Of a DNA stretch of 64,000 nt, positions 18,833 to 28,376 are shown in pieces; positions within the stretch are counted from its first letter, which is position 1; each line of letters starts with the position of its first letter. A program made the translations under genes and the position numbers. A model generated the notes under the pieces. The model was given only the letters and a program-made list of their open reading frames with translations, had not been told where the DNA came from and did no database searches. The stretch comes from Armatimonadota bacterium (lineage in GTDB: Bacteria; Armatimonadota; HRBIN16): NCBI GenBank assembly GCA_963677485.1, contig OY781964.1, forward strand, positions 128,001 to 192,000, given 5' to 3'.

Positions 18833-18860
18833 TTAGACGTATAACAGACCATCAAGTTAC
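18833..18860 (-). promoter_or_regulatory. ECF/sigmaE-type promoter, probably autoregulatory
   Basis: Minus strand GTAACTT-N16-TCTAA (AAC-N16-CGTC), about 85 nt upstream of the sigma ATG. Confidence 0.65.
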
Positions 18861-18943
18861 CAACCGACGGCCTGTCTACATAACCATAAATACCGCTTTG
18901 GTAGAATACACTATAAGCATCAGGACGACATGGAGGTTTAACC

Positions 18944-21307
18944 TTGCATTTCGGAGACACGCTGACCGAATTGGTGGCCATCCTGGCCATTGCCACAGTC
19001 ATGGGCATAATCGCAGCGAGGTTAAAACAACCGATCATCATCGGCCTGATTGCCACGGGTATGCTGGTGGGTCCCTCCGGCCTGCACTGGATGCGTTCTG
19101 CCGAACAGGTCCATCTTCTTGCCGAAATCGGCCTCACCATCCTCTTATTCGTCGTCGGTTTACGTCTTGATGTGGGCATGCTGCGCAGTATGGGTAAAAC
19201 CGCACTGCTGGTAGGCGGCGGGCAGGTGTTGTTCACCACTCTAGGCGGATTCCTGCTCAGCCTGGCCCTGGGGCTACCGATGCTCACATCAGCATATGTG
19301 GCCGTCTGCCTCACATTTTCCAGCACCATCATCATCGTCAAGCTGCTCTCGGATAAGGGCGACACCGATTCCCTCTACGGGCGTATCACCCTTGGCGTAC
19401 TGATTGTCCAGGACCTTGTCGTGGTGCTGTTGATGATCTTTTTGAGTGCTTTCAGCGGTAAGAGCACTGATAGTCTAGGTGTGACCTTCGCGCTGATCGT
19501 GGTCAAGGGCGCCCTGATGTTAGCGGTCGTGGTCTTCCTGACCTCCAAGGTACTACCCAGAGCCCTGCAGCGCATGGCGAAAGACGCAGAGCTTCTGACG
19601 GTATTCGCCGTCACGTGGGCTTTGGCACTGGCCACCATATCCAATTCGCTGGGTTTCAGCAAAGAGGTGGGGGCCTTCCTGGCCGGCATTTCGCTGGCAT
19701 CCACCCCCTACCGCGGTATGCTGGGAGCACGTCTGGCCAGCCTTCGCGATTTCTTGATCCTCTTTTTCTTTCTTAACCTGGGATTACAGCTTGATGTCAG
19801 CAGCTTGAGCGGCCAGCTGTTACGTGCGATCCCCCTGACCCTCTTCGTGCTGCTTGGTAAGCCACTCATCATGATGTTCTTGATGGGCCGGGTGGGTTAC
19901 AAGAAGCGGGTCGGCTTCATGGCCAGCACCTCTCTCGCACAGATCAGCGAATTTTCACTTATACTGATGGCACTTGGTGTTTCACTAAAACATATTGATG
20001 CGAGTATAGGCGGTATGGTGACTCTGGTTGCATTGATCAGCATTACGGCCTCCAGCTATTCGATCATGCGGACACGCAGCCTGTACCAGCGTTTTGCACC
20101 ACTCCTAAAGGTGTTTGAGCCCAAGGGTAAAGTGATGGAGGACGCCCAGGAACTACATGGGGATTTCGGGCCTGCGGACATCATCGTGCTGGGTCTGGGC
20201 AGATATGGGGCCATCGTATGCCGCAGGATGCGTCAGATGAACCGTGACGTGCTGGGGGTTGACTACAATCCTGACACGGTGAAGATATGGCACCGCAAAG
20301 GCCGTCGGGCCATCTACGGCGACGCAGGCGACCCTGAGTTTCTGAGTTCGCTGCCGCTGACAACAGCAACGTGGGTGGTCTGTGCCGTTCATGATGCTGA
20401 CACGAATACGAATCTGCTGCAGGGTCTTAGAGATATGGATTACCATGGTATCATTGCCTGCACCGCCGATAACACCCGTCAAGCCAGAGAGTTTCATAAA
20501 TTGGGAGCCGATTTGGTATTCCGACCGTTTCAAGATGCTGCCGAACAAGCGGTTGACATCATGATGATCAAAGAAGAAGAGATAGCGAGGCAGATCATGG
20601 ACAGCCAGATTCTCGGTCTTAATGACCACTACATCATATGCGGTTTTGGACGCATGGGACAGCAGATCGCCAAGGACCTGAAGCATTCCGGTGTGCCCTT
20701 CGTGGTCGTGGAAAACAACCAGGAGCAACTACCTCGTCTCAAGGAGCTGGGACTGCTGCATGTGGTCGGCAAAGCGAGTGAAGATGAAGCGCTGGTGAAA
20801 GCGGGAATCACCAAGGCTAAGGGGTTGGTAAGCGTCATGCCTACCGACGAGGACAATGTTTTTGTGGTGTTGACCGCCAGAGTGCTTAACCCGAAGCTGA
20901 CGATCGTCGCGCGGTCGATTCTGGAGGAGAACGAGGACAAACTCAAACGGGCAGGCGCAGACCGCGTGATCTCACCCTACATTCTGGGCGGACGCCGTAT
21001 GGCCGCGCTGATCACAAAACCTCAAGTCACGGACTTTCTAGACATGGTTCTTCACAATGACCAGTTCGATATGAACATCGGGCATGTTGTCGTAGCACCA
21101 GATAGCCCCGCTGTCAACAAAGCGATTCAAGAACTGGATCTACGTGGTGAGTGCGGAGTCACAGTGCTGGCGATTCGCGATAGCGATGGGGTGCATGTGG
21201 ATACAACGCACAGTACCGTGCTCCATGCAGGAGATGACATGATCCTGCTTGGATCACTAAAGCAGCTCCAGAAAGCATCGGAGTTCCTCGGATCACCCCT
21301 GGCCTGA
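18944..21307 (+). CDS. CPA2/Kef-type cation:proton antiporter with two RCK_N domains and one RCK_C domain
   Basis: TTG start with TGGAGG RBS; AEIGLTILLFVVGL, FSSTIIIVKLL, VQD, AQISEFS; Rossmann motifs GLGRYG and GFGRMG; C-terminal RCK_C. Confidence 0.88.
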   Translation: MHFGDTLTELVAILAIATVMGIIAARLKQPIIIGLIATGMLVGPSGLHWMRSAEQVHLLAEIGLTILLFVVGLRLDVGMLRSMGKTALLVGGGQVLFTTLGGFLLSLALGLPMLTSAYVAVCLTFSSTIIIVKLLSDKGDTDSLYGRITLGVLIVQDLVVVLLMIFLSAFSGKSTDSLGVTFALIVVKGALMLAVVVFLTSKVLPRALQRMAKDAELLTVFAVTWALALATISNSLGFSKEVGAFLAGISLASTPYRGMLGARLASLRDFLILFFFLNLGLQLDVSSLSGQLLRAIPLTLFVLLGKPLIMMFLMGRVGYKKRVGFMASTSLAQISEFSLILMALGVSLKHIDASIGGMVTLVALISITASSYSIMRTRSLYQRFAPLLKVFEPKGKVMEDAQELHGDFGPADIIVLGLGRYGAIVCRRMRQMNRDVLGVDYNPDTVKIWHRKGRRAIYGDAGDPEFLSSLPLTTATWVVCAVHDADTNTNLLQGLRDMDYHGIIACTADNTRQAREFHKLGADLVFRPFQDAAEQAVDIMMIKEEEIARQIMDSQILGLNDHYIICGFGRMGQQIAKDLKHSGVPFVVVENNQEQLPRLKELGLLHVVGKASEDEALVKAGITKAKGLVSVMPTDEDNVFVVLTARVLNPKLTIVARSILEENEDKLKRAGADRVISPYILGGRRMAALITKPQVTDFLDMVLHNDQFDMNIGHVVVAPDSPAVNKAIQELDLRGECGVTVLAIRDSDGVHVDTTHSTVLHAGDDMILLGSLKQLQKASEFLGSPLA

Positions 21308-21537
21308 CAGCTAGACGGATGACCGCTGCCCTGCATCTGTGGCAAGCAGGGCAGCACAAACAGTCAATTCCCTTCGAATAGCACGTTATTTGCACATAAA
21401 ATCAGGTAACATCTTGATAAGTTGCGGGCCACTGTGACCTATCGGAAGTAAGCCGCAGCCAAAATCACAAACCAAACAAACTCACAGCCGTCCATAAACC
21501 GGGTAAGATGCCCCCTACTCACTCTCTGGAGGTCGTT

Positions 21538-23865
21538 ATGGCTACGAATAGTCCACGGCGGACTATGGATATATCAGCTCGCTGGCTGCAAGTCGCAATT
21601 CTGACGTTTATATTTGGGTTTGGTGTACTTGGGCTCCTTGCTCGCTTGATTTATAGCGAACACCCGCCTATCCCAAACAAGGTAGTAAGTGAAAATGGAA
21701 CAGTGCTGTTCACCGGACAGGATGTGATGGAGGGTCAGCAGCTATTTCAGAGATATGGGCTCATGGAGTTTGGATCGATCTTTGGGCATGGAGCCTATCT
21801 AGGGCCGGATTTCACGGCACAGTATATGCACCAATCTGCCCTTGCGGCCACGCAGTATTACGGACGAGAAGGGATGACAGCCGCAGATATCCAGGCCCGA
21901 GTAAAGAATGAGTTCAAGCAAAACAGATATGATTCCCGCACAGAGACGCTGGTCTACCCTCCAGGACAGGCCTATGGTTTCAACCAGCTCGAAGAGTATT
22001 ACCGAGGATGGTTTGGCCCAACCTCAACGCAGAAGGGCCTCCAAAGGCCCTGTATATCCGACCCCAAAGATATCCACCGGCTAAGCTCTTACTTTGCCTG
22101 GGCAGCCTGGACATCCGCTGTGACCCGTCCTGGCACCAACTATTCCTACACCAATAACTGGCCGTACGAGCCATTAGCCGGTAATAACCCTACCGCCCAA
22201 GCTTTCGTATGGAGCGCGCTCAGCCTGATATCACTGCTGGGTGGAATTGGATTAATGCTCTTCATATTCGGCCGATATAACACGCTGGGCTGGCATCACT
22301 CAGATGACGATCCTGCGGAGCCGAAGTTGCGCTTAAGGACCCCTGAGAAAGTAAGGCTATCGCCATCGCAGCGCACCACGGCTTGGTATTTCCTATTGGT
22401 GGCAGGGCTTTTCCTGGTGCAGGGACTTCTTGGGGGAGTCAACGCCCATTACCACGCCGAACCAGGAGCATTCTACGGCATCAATGTGGCTCAGTGGCTG
22501 CCATACAACCTGAGCCGGATGTGGCATGTGCAATTGGCCATATTCTTTGTCTCTGTGAGCTTCCTGGCGATAGGCATTTTTATAGCACCTATGATTGCCC
22601 GACGTGAGCCGAAACATCAGGACAAGTTATCGATGCTGCTCTTCGTCGCGGTCGTAGTTGTCGCGGTTGGGAGCCTGCTCGGAGAGGCAGCCAGCCTGAA
22701 GGATTACATCAAAACCAGCGGACCATGGTTCTGGATTGGATCACAAGGCTGGGAATACCTTGACCTGGGGCGGCTGTGGCAGGTAATTCTCACAGTCGGA
22801 ATGATCATATGGGTTGTGATTCTGGTAAGGGGCTTGAGAAGTCGTCTCGCAGGTGAGCATCCCGGCAACCTGCCATATCTGTTGCTCTACAGCGCCATAT
22901 CTATCCCCGCATTTTATGCTGTTGGCATGATCTTCGGTAAGGTCACCAACTTTGCAGTGATGGACTTCTGGCGGTTCTGGGTAGTTCACCTTTGGGTAGA
23001 AGAGTTTTTAGAGCTGTTCACGACCATCGTGGTTGCTTATATTTTCGTGCTGATGGGGGTAGTCACACAGAAAACCGCGACCCGTGTGGTCTACCTCGAC
23101 ATCATCATCTACTCGATTGGTGGTGTCATCGGAACGATGCATCACCTATACTTCAGTGGCGCTCCAGCGGTGCATATGGCCTTGGGAGCATTCTTCTCAG
23201 CGATGGAAGTTATCCCGCTCATGCTACTCACAATCGAAGCATGGCGGTTTATCCAACTCGGCCGCAAGCGATCTGAAGGGAATTCCGATAATGCGTCAAG
23301 CAGGGACTTCCCACACAAGTGGGCGGTGATGTTCCTGATAGCAGTGGGATTCTGGAACTTCCTTGGCGCGGGCGTATTCGGTTTCCTTATTAACCTGCCA
23401 ATTGTGAGTTATTACGAGATAGGCACGCAGTTTACGGCCAATCACGCTCACGGCGCCATGATGGGGGTTTACGGAATGCTCGCCATCGGGTTCCTGATGT
23501 TCGCAGCCAGGTATTTCATAACTCCCGACCGGAAGAGTGAGATGGCTATGAAGCTTTCATTCTGGAGCCTCAACATTGGGCTGATATGGATGACGCTGGC
23601 GAACCTCGTGCCTATTGGCATCATCCAGCTCTTCGACAGTTTCCAGTACGGTTACTGGCACGCGAGAGGGCCTCAGTTCTTCTCCCAGAGGATCGTTCAG
23701 GCTTTCGAGTGGCTCAGGCTTCCCGGTGATATGCTCTTCATTGTCGGCGGCATCCTGCCCGTCGTCTACATCGCCTGGAGAATGTTCCTCGGACGAAAGC
23801 GCCATGCTCAACAGTTTGAGGGTCCTGAGACGGAGGAACTGTCACAGGTATACGAAGAGAGTTAG
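21538..23865 (+). CDS. norZ: Quinol-dependent nitric oxide reductase (qNOR)
   Basis: GSIFGHGAYLGPDFTA, YTNNWP, AHY, WHVQL, GWEYLDLGRLWQ, HLWVEEFLE, GTMHHLY, NHAHGA, LRLPGD. ATG 21538 follows GGAGG. Confidence 0.92.
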   Translation: MATNSPRRTMDISARWLQVAILTFIFGFGVLGLLARLIYSEHPPIPNKVVSENGTVLFTGQDVMEGQQLFQRYGLMEFGSIFGHGAYLGPDFTAQYMHQSALAATQYYGREGMTAADIQARVKNEFKQNRYDSRTETLVYPPGQAYGFNQLEEYYRGWFGPTSTQKGLQRPCISDPKDIHRLSSYFAWAAWTSAVTRPGTNYSYTNNWPYEPLAGNNPTAQAFVWSALSLISLLGGIGLMLFIFGRYNTLGWHHSDDDPAEPKLRLRTPEKVRLSPSQRTTAWYFLLVAGLFLVQGLLGGVNAHYHAEPGAFYGINVAQWLPYNLSRMWHVQLAIFFVSVSFLAIGIFIAPMIARREPKHQDKLSMLLFVAVVVVAVGSLLGEAASLKDYIKTSGPWFWIGSQGWEYLDLGRLWQVILTVGMIIWVVILVRGLRSRLAGEHPGNLPYLLLYSAISIPAFYAVGMIFGKVTNFAVMDFWRFWVVHLWVEEFLELFTTIVVAYIFVLMGVVTQKTATRVVYLDIIIYSIGGVIGTMHHLYFSGAPAVHMALGAFFSAMEVIPLMLLTIEAWRFIQLGRKRSEGNSDNASSRDFPHKWAVMFLIAVGFWNFLGAGVFGFLINLPIVSYYEIGTQFTANHAHGAMMGVYGMLAIGFLMFAARYFITPDRKSEMAMKLSFWSLNIGLIWMTLANLVPIGIIQLFDSFQYGYWHARGPQFFSQRIVQAFEWLRLPGDMLFIVGGILPVVYIAWRMFLGRKRHAQQFEGPETEELSQVYEES

Positions 23866-23950
23866 AATTGCATACTGCCCATCACACAGGCGGAAATACC
23901 TGGTTTTGGGCAGTCTCACATGCGACACGAACCGATAGATGAATGCATAC

Positions 23951-23981
23951 AACACCTCAATGCGTCACGCATTGAGGTGTT
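23951..23981. terminator. Hairpin after qNOR
   Basis: aacacctcaatgcg-tca-cgcattgaggtgtt. Confidence 0.65.
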
Positions 23982-24303
23982 CGCCTATGTGCGGATAGAG
24001 CTGATACGGTCCCCACCCTAAAGCAACCGATCATCGGCGCACTCAATATGCCCACCGGTTGCTCATATTTTAAACGGCGATTCGGAGACTGCGCATATCG
24101 ATTTCCGCCTCATCGAGATGAAATAGTTCTGAACGAAGCCAAATATGACGGAGCGGCATCGTGGGCCAGTGACGAGGTATGACCGGCTTCACATAATCGA
24201 AATGATAGCCGAAAATCACAAATCCTGTCTAAACATATGCCATCCGGTGGCTCCAATATGCCATACTCATATTAGAACCATACACAATATTGAGGTATTT
24301 CAC

Positions 24304-24741
24304 ATGCCAGATGTAACTTTTTCCGTTGATGGTGTTTCGGTAAACACCACAGAGACCAGAGTGACAACACGAAACTTTTCGTTCACTGTCGACGAACCAC
24401 CGAGCCTTGGTGGACAAGATGCAGGACCTAATCCCGTGGAATACCTCCTTGGAGCTTTAAGTGGCTGCCTTAATGTAGTCGCTCGGATGATAGCCAAGGA
24501 GCTGGGTTTTACCATTGAAACACTCAACATCCATATCGAAGGGATTTTGGACCCTAGCGGTTTCTTAGGTATGAATCCAAATGTACGAGCCGGTTTTAAA
24601 AGCATTAAAGCTGTGCTCAACGTAAAATCTAACGCCACTGACAAGCAGCTCGATGAGTGGCTCACCATGATCGAAAGCCGTTGTCCAGTGAGTGATAACA
24701 TCGGAGCGAAAACACCGCTGAACGTCACCTGGGAAACCTAG
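24304..24741 (+). CDS. OsmC/Ohr family protein
   Basis: VDEPPSLGGQDAGPNPVEYLLGALSGC and RCPVSD; ATG 24304 after GAGGT. Confidence 0.9.
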   Translation: MPDVTFSVDGVSVNTTETRVTTRNFSFTVDEPPSLGGQDAGPNPVEYLLGALSGCLNVVARMIAKELGFTIETLNIHIEGILDPSGFLGMNPNVRAGFKSIKAVLNVKSNATDKQLDEWLTMIESRCPVSDNIGAKTPLNVTWET

Positions 24742-24762
24742 TCTTTCCGGTTTGTCCCCATG

Positions 24763-24804
24763 CATCAGAGCCGCACCAAATAGATGGTGCGGCTCTGATG
24801 TTTT
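24763..24804 (+). terminator. Intrinsic terminator between osmC-like gene and accA
   Basis: catcagagccgcacca-aataga-tggtgcggctctgatg followed by tttt. Confidence 0.75.
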
Positions 24805-24836
24805 GAGTCTGCTGATAGCTCTTGGTGGTAAGAACC

Positions 24837-25790
24837 CTACCCCATGAACCGAGCCATCTTAGCCAGTCGTTCGTGGCGCATCCGAAGCAGGTCCGGCACG
24901 GGCAACTGTCGTAGTGATTCCAGCTCTTCCCACAGCAGCTCCCCGGCTTTGTCCGCAGCGGCTGCTGGAGCTCTGTGCGCTCCGCCCAGCGGCTCTGGCA
25001 CAATGCTGTCTGCAACACCCAGTTCCACTGCGTCATTGGCGGTCACACGCAGCGCAGTCGCTGCCTGCGCGGCTTTAGTGGGGTCACGCCAAAGGATGGC
25101 GGCACATCCCTCCGGTGGGATCACCGAATAGACTGCATATTGAAGCATCAGCAGATAGTCACCTACTCCAATGCCAAGTGCCCCTCCGCTTCCGCCTTCA
25201 CCGATCACCAAAGAGATCACGGGCACCTTAAGCAGCGACATCTCCATCAGGTTACTGGCAATCGCCTCACCAATCCCCCTCGATTCGCTTTCGGGCCCAG
25301 GGTCCGCTGCCGGCGTGTCTATGATGGTGATGATGGGTATGTTCATCTTTTCAGCCAGCTTCATCACACGCATCGCTTTACGGTAGCCCTCTGGCCGAGC
25401 CATGGCGAAGTTACGGCGTTGGCGCTCTTTCAAATCAGAGCCCTTCTGCTGCCCCATCACGGCGACGTTCATGCCCTTGATCGTACCCAAACCGGCTATC
25501 ATCGCAGGGTCATCACCAAAAACGCGGTCACCATGCAGTTCAATGAAGTCATCGAACATCGCCTGGATATAATCCATCGTCTTCGGCCGCTCCGGATGGC
25601 GAGCCAGCAGCACATGATCCCATGTGGTCAAATTGGCATATATCTCAGTGAGCAACTCTTCACGCTGTGCTTCTAGCTGCGATATCGGCAGGCGGTTGTC
25701 TACCCCTTGTCGGGCCGATAAGTCCTTCAGCTTTTGGATATTGATATCCAAAGCTGTGATGGGCTTTTCAAAATCCAGCACTGTGGGCAT
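24837..25790 (-). CDS. accA: Acetyl-CoA carboxylase carboxyltransferase alpha subunit
   Basis: LDFEKPI, ARHPERP, ELHGDR, PEGYRKA, IGEGGSGGALG, SVIPPEGCAAILW. Confidence 0.97.
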   Translation of the reverse strand: MPTVLDFEKPITALDINIQKLKDLSARQGVDNRLPISQLEAQREELLTEIYANLTTWDHVLLARHPERPKTMDYIQAMFDDFIELHGDRVFGDDPAMIAGLGTIKGMNVAVMGQQKGSDLKERQRRNFAMARPEGYRKAMRVMKLAEKMNIPIITIIDTPAADPGPESESRGIGEAIASNLMEMSLLKVPVISLVIGEGGSGGALGIGVGDYLLMLQYAVYSVIPPEGCAAILWRDPTKAAQAATALRVTANDAVELGVADSIVPEPLGGAHRAPAAAADKAGELLWEELESLRQLPVPDLLRMRHERLAKMARFMG

Positions 25791-25792
25791 CT

Positions 25793-26599
25793 CTACGACC
25801 TCCCTAATAAGTGCAATAGCCGAATGAGAGTCGTTCTCAGCTCTTTGCGGTCGACGATTATGTCAATCATGCCATTTTGCAGTTGGTATTCTGCTGTCTG
25901 GAAGTTGGCAGGTGTGCGAGATACCTGGGCCTGCGCAGCCACACGCTGTCCTGCGAACCCTACATGGGCTCGAGGCTCAGCGATGATGATATCAGCGACT
26001 GAGGCATAACTGGCGAGAACTCCGCCCGTTGTAGGGTCAGTGAGGATGCTGATGAACGGAATAGCCGCTTCAGCAAGTCGGCCAACCGCCTCGCATGTGC
26101 GTGCCATCTGCATCAAGGAAAGCAAACCTTCCTGCATACGGGCACCGCCCGAACTGGAGACGGTGATAAAGGGTTGATCCGCCTCAAGGCTCATGGCTGC
26201 GGCCCTCACGATTTTCTCGCCCACCACACTGCCCATACTTCCTCCCATAAAGCGGAAGTCAGCCACAGCTACGATGGAAGAGATATCGCCAATGGTACAA
26301 CGTCCTGTCACTATGGCGTCATTCATCTCGGTATTCGCCATACTTTTCGCACGTTTCTGGTCGTAGTCAGGGAAATCCAGCGGATTGAATGATGACAGCG
26401 CGGCATCAACTTCTTGAAATGAATTGACATCCGTAAGGAGTTCAATACGCTCCCAAGCCGTGAGTTTATGGTGATGCGAGCATCTTGGGCAGACCTTCGC
26501 ATTGCGGACAAAATCGCGGTTGAACAGGATATGTTTACACCCGTCGCACCGTATCCAGTCCGCAACTTGTGCCGATTGTGGCGGAGTGCTGTTTGTCAT
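25793..26599 (-). CDS. accD: Acetyl-CoA carboxylase carboxyltransferase beta subunit
   Basis: Zn ribbon W.RC..C...VCPRC, DFRFMGGSMGSVVGEK, SGGARMQEG, PTTGGV, FQTAE. Start placed at ATG 26599. Confidence 0.96.
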   Translation of the reverse strand: MTNSTPPQSAQVADWIRCDGCKHILFNRDFVRNAKVCPRCSHHHKLTAWERIELLTDVNSFQEVDAALSSFNPLDFPDYDQKRAKSMANTEMNDAIVTGRCTIGDISSIVAVADFRFMGGSMGSVVGEKIVRAAAMSLEADQPFITVSSSGGARMQEGLLSLMQMARTCEAVGRLAEAAIPFISILTDPTTGGVLASYASVADIIIAEPRAHVGFAGQRVAAQAQVSRTPANFQTAEYQLQNGMIDIIVDRKELRTTLIRLLHLLGRS

Positions 26600-26720
26600 T
26601 TTTTGATTCCTATTATCGAATTGATGGCTTGTGCCTTTCCTCGTCGATGAATATTTATACAAAGTAATGATATCCTAAAGGGAATAGACTATAAAAGTCA
26701 CATCGGAGTAATCGCATATT

Positions 26721-27791
26721 ATGGACATCAAAAAATTTCGCAGCGACATCGATGAAATCGATAATGAGCTATTACGCCTCATCAACAAGCGTGCAGAACT
26801 GGCCTCGCAGATTGGCAAAGCCAAGCAGCAAAACGCTGCTGTTGTCTATGTTCCAGAACGCGAACAAGAGATTTTGCGACGTCTGAGCAGCTTGAACCAG
26901 GGGCCTCTGAGCAACGCACATGTCACCTCCATCTTCCGTCAGATCATTTCGGCTGCCCGCAACCTGGAGCAGCCCTTGCGAATCGCATTCTGGGGTCCGG
27001 CTGGTTCCTTCAGCCACATGGCGGCGACACACCAGTTTGGTGAGTTCTGCGAACCACACCCCGTGGGCAGTATTCGAGATGTATTTGACGAGGTTGAGCG
27101 TGAGCGCGCGGACTATGGCATCGTACCGGTCGAGAACTCGACCGCAGGGGCCATACCCGACACTCTTGATGAGATGGGCCGTTCCCGTTTGCTGGTCGTA
27201 GCCGAAAACTACGAGCAGATACATCACAATCTGCTTTACAACGGTGCAGTTGATGAGATACGAACCCTCTACACCGGAGTTCAACCACGACACCAATGCC
27301 AGGACTGGCTACGCGAAAATCTGCCTCATGTCGCCATCGTGGAGGTGACAACCACCAGCAAGGCAGCCGAGTTGGCAAGCCAGGAGGCCTATGCCGCGGC
27401 CATCGGTAATCCGCTGGCATCAACCATATACAACCTGAATATCGCTGTGGCGAACATCGAGGATAATCCACGCAATTTTACTAGATTTTTGGTTGTGGGA
27501 CGAAATGAGCCCCGGCCAACGGGCAAAGACAAGACCAGTTTGCTTTTCAGTGTCGAGAACCGGCCAGGCCAATTGATACGTGCCATGAGTGTATTTCAGG
27601 CCCATAACATCAACATGTCAATGATAGAAAGTCGGCCTTCGAAAAAGCGCCCTGGTGAGTATCTTTTCTATGTGGATGTAGACGGTCACCGGCAGGATCC
27701 GAATATCGCACAAGCTCTGGTTGAGTTACAGCCATTGTGTTCTATTTTGTCGATAATCGGCTCATATGCGGCTTCAGAACAGGAATTTTGA
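26721..27791 (+). CDS. pheA: Bifunctional chorismate mutase / prephenate dehydratase
   Basis: RSDIDEID...KRA, GPAGSFS, VPVENST, NFTRF, DKTSL, IESRP. Confidence 0.96.
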   Translation: MDIKKFRSDIDEIDNELLRLINKRAELASQIGKAKQQNAAVVYVPEREQEILRRLSSLNQGPLSNAHVTSIFRQIISAARNLEQPLRIAFWGPAGSFSHMAATHQFGEFCEPHPVGSIRDVFDEVERERADYGIVPVENSTAGAIPDTLDEMGRSRLLVVAENYEQIHHNLLYNGAVDEIRTLYTGVQPRHQCQDWLRENLPHVAIVEVTTTSKAAELASQEAYAAAIGNPLASTIYNLNIAVANIEDNPRNFTRFLVVGRNEPRPTGKDKTSLLFSVENRPGQLIRAMSVFQAHNINMSMIESRPSKKRPGEYLFYVDVDGHRQDPNIAQALVELQPLCSILSIIGSYAASEQEF

Positions 27792-27831
27792 GTTATTTTC
27801 TAAAAAAATGAGATAATTTAGCAAAATACTC

Positions 27832-27859
27832 TTGTATTTTCTGAAAGTTAGTGTAAAAT
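27832..27859 (+). promoter_or_regulatory. Putative sigma70 promoter of the cold-shock gene
   Basis: TTGTAT-N16-TAAAAT in an AT-rich stretch, implying a leader of about 100 nt as is usual for csp mRNAs. Confidence 0.5.
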
Positions 27860-27967
27860 CAATTCCATGTCATGTAGAATCTGGGACATTATTCCAGGCT
27901 TCACATATACTCATATTCACATGGCTGATGGGCAAATTTGCACCATGCAAGGAGGAAAGCACAGGTA

Positions 27968-28168
27968 ATGCAAAACGGTACCGTAAAATGGTTCAATGAT
28001 TCCAAGGGCTATGGATTCATTGAAACTGAAGAAGGCAAGGATGTCTTCGTACACTACTCTGCCATTATGATGAATGGCCACAAAACCCTCGCAGAGGGTC
28101 AGCGCGTACAATTCGAAGTCGTTGACGGTAACAAAGGCCCTCAAGCCTCCAACGTCAGCCCAGCTTAG
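27968..28168 (+). CDS. Cold-shock protein (CspA family)
   Basis: [34 protein letters not shown]; AAGGAGG RBS. Confidence 0.96.
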   Translation: MQNGTVKWFNDSKGYGFIETEEGKDVFVHYSAIMMNGHKTLAEGQRVQFEVVDGNKGPQASNVSPA

Positions 28169-28212
28169 TTATAAGCTGTTCATTACTTCATACATAACGC
28201 AACTATCCTAAC

Positions 28213-28248
28213 GCCCTGGTTAATGAAGCCTTAACCAGGGCTTTTTTT
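28213..28248 (+). terminator. Rho-independent terminator
   Basis: gccctggttaa-tgaagcc-ttaaccagggc followed by T7. Confidence 0.9.
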
Positions 28249-28376
28249 GACGATATCCAACTCTGTAAGGAACACACAGCCTGCACCAGAGCGTATAATG
28301 GATTGTGGGGTAAAACCCGGTATCTGAATAATCTAACGTGATTAAATTCTGCCATTCTGGAAGGAGCTAGCACACC

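Noticed and set aside
21538-23865. Possible nitric oxide dismutase (Nod)
   Set aside because: It keeps the HH non-heme iron ligands (GTMHHLY) and the quinol-site residues (AHY, LRLPGD) that are substituted in Nod, so it is a qNOR.
23990-24300. Riboswitch or small gene upstream of the osmC-like gene
   Set aside because: Only weak hairpins, no recognisable aptamer motif, and the ORF extension lacks an RBS.
28269-28299. Second ECF promoter upstream of the prsA-like gene (GGAAC...CGTA)
   Set aside because: The AAC-CGT spacer is 18 nt, longer than the usual 16-17, and the overlapping TATAAT fits sigma70.
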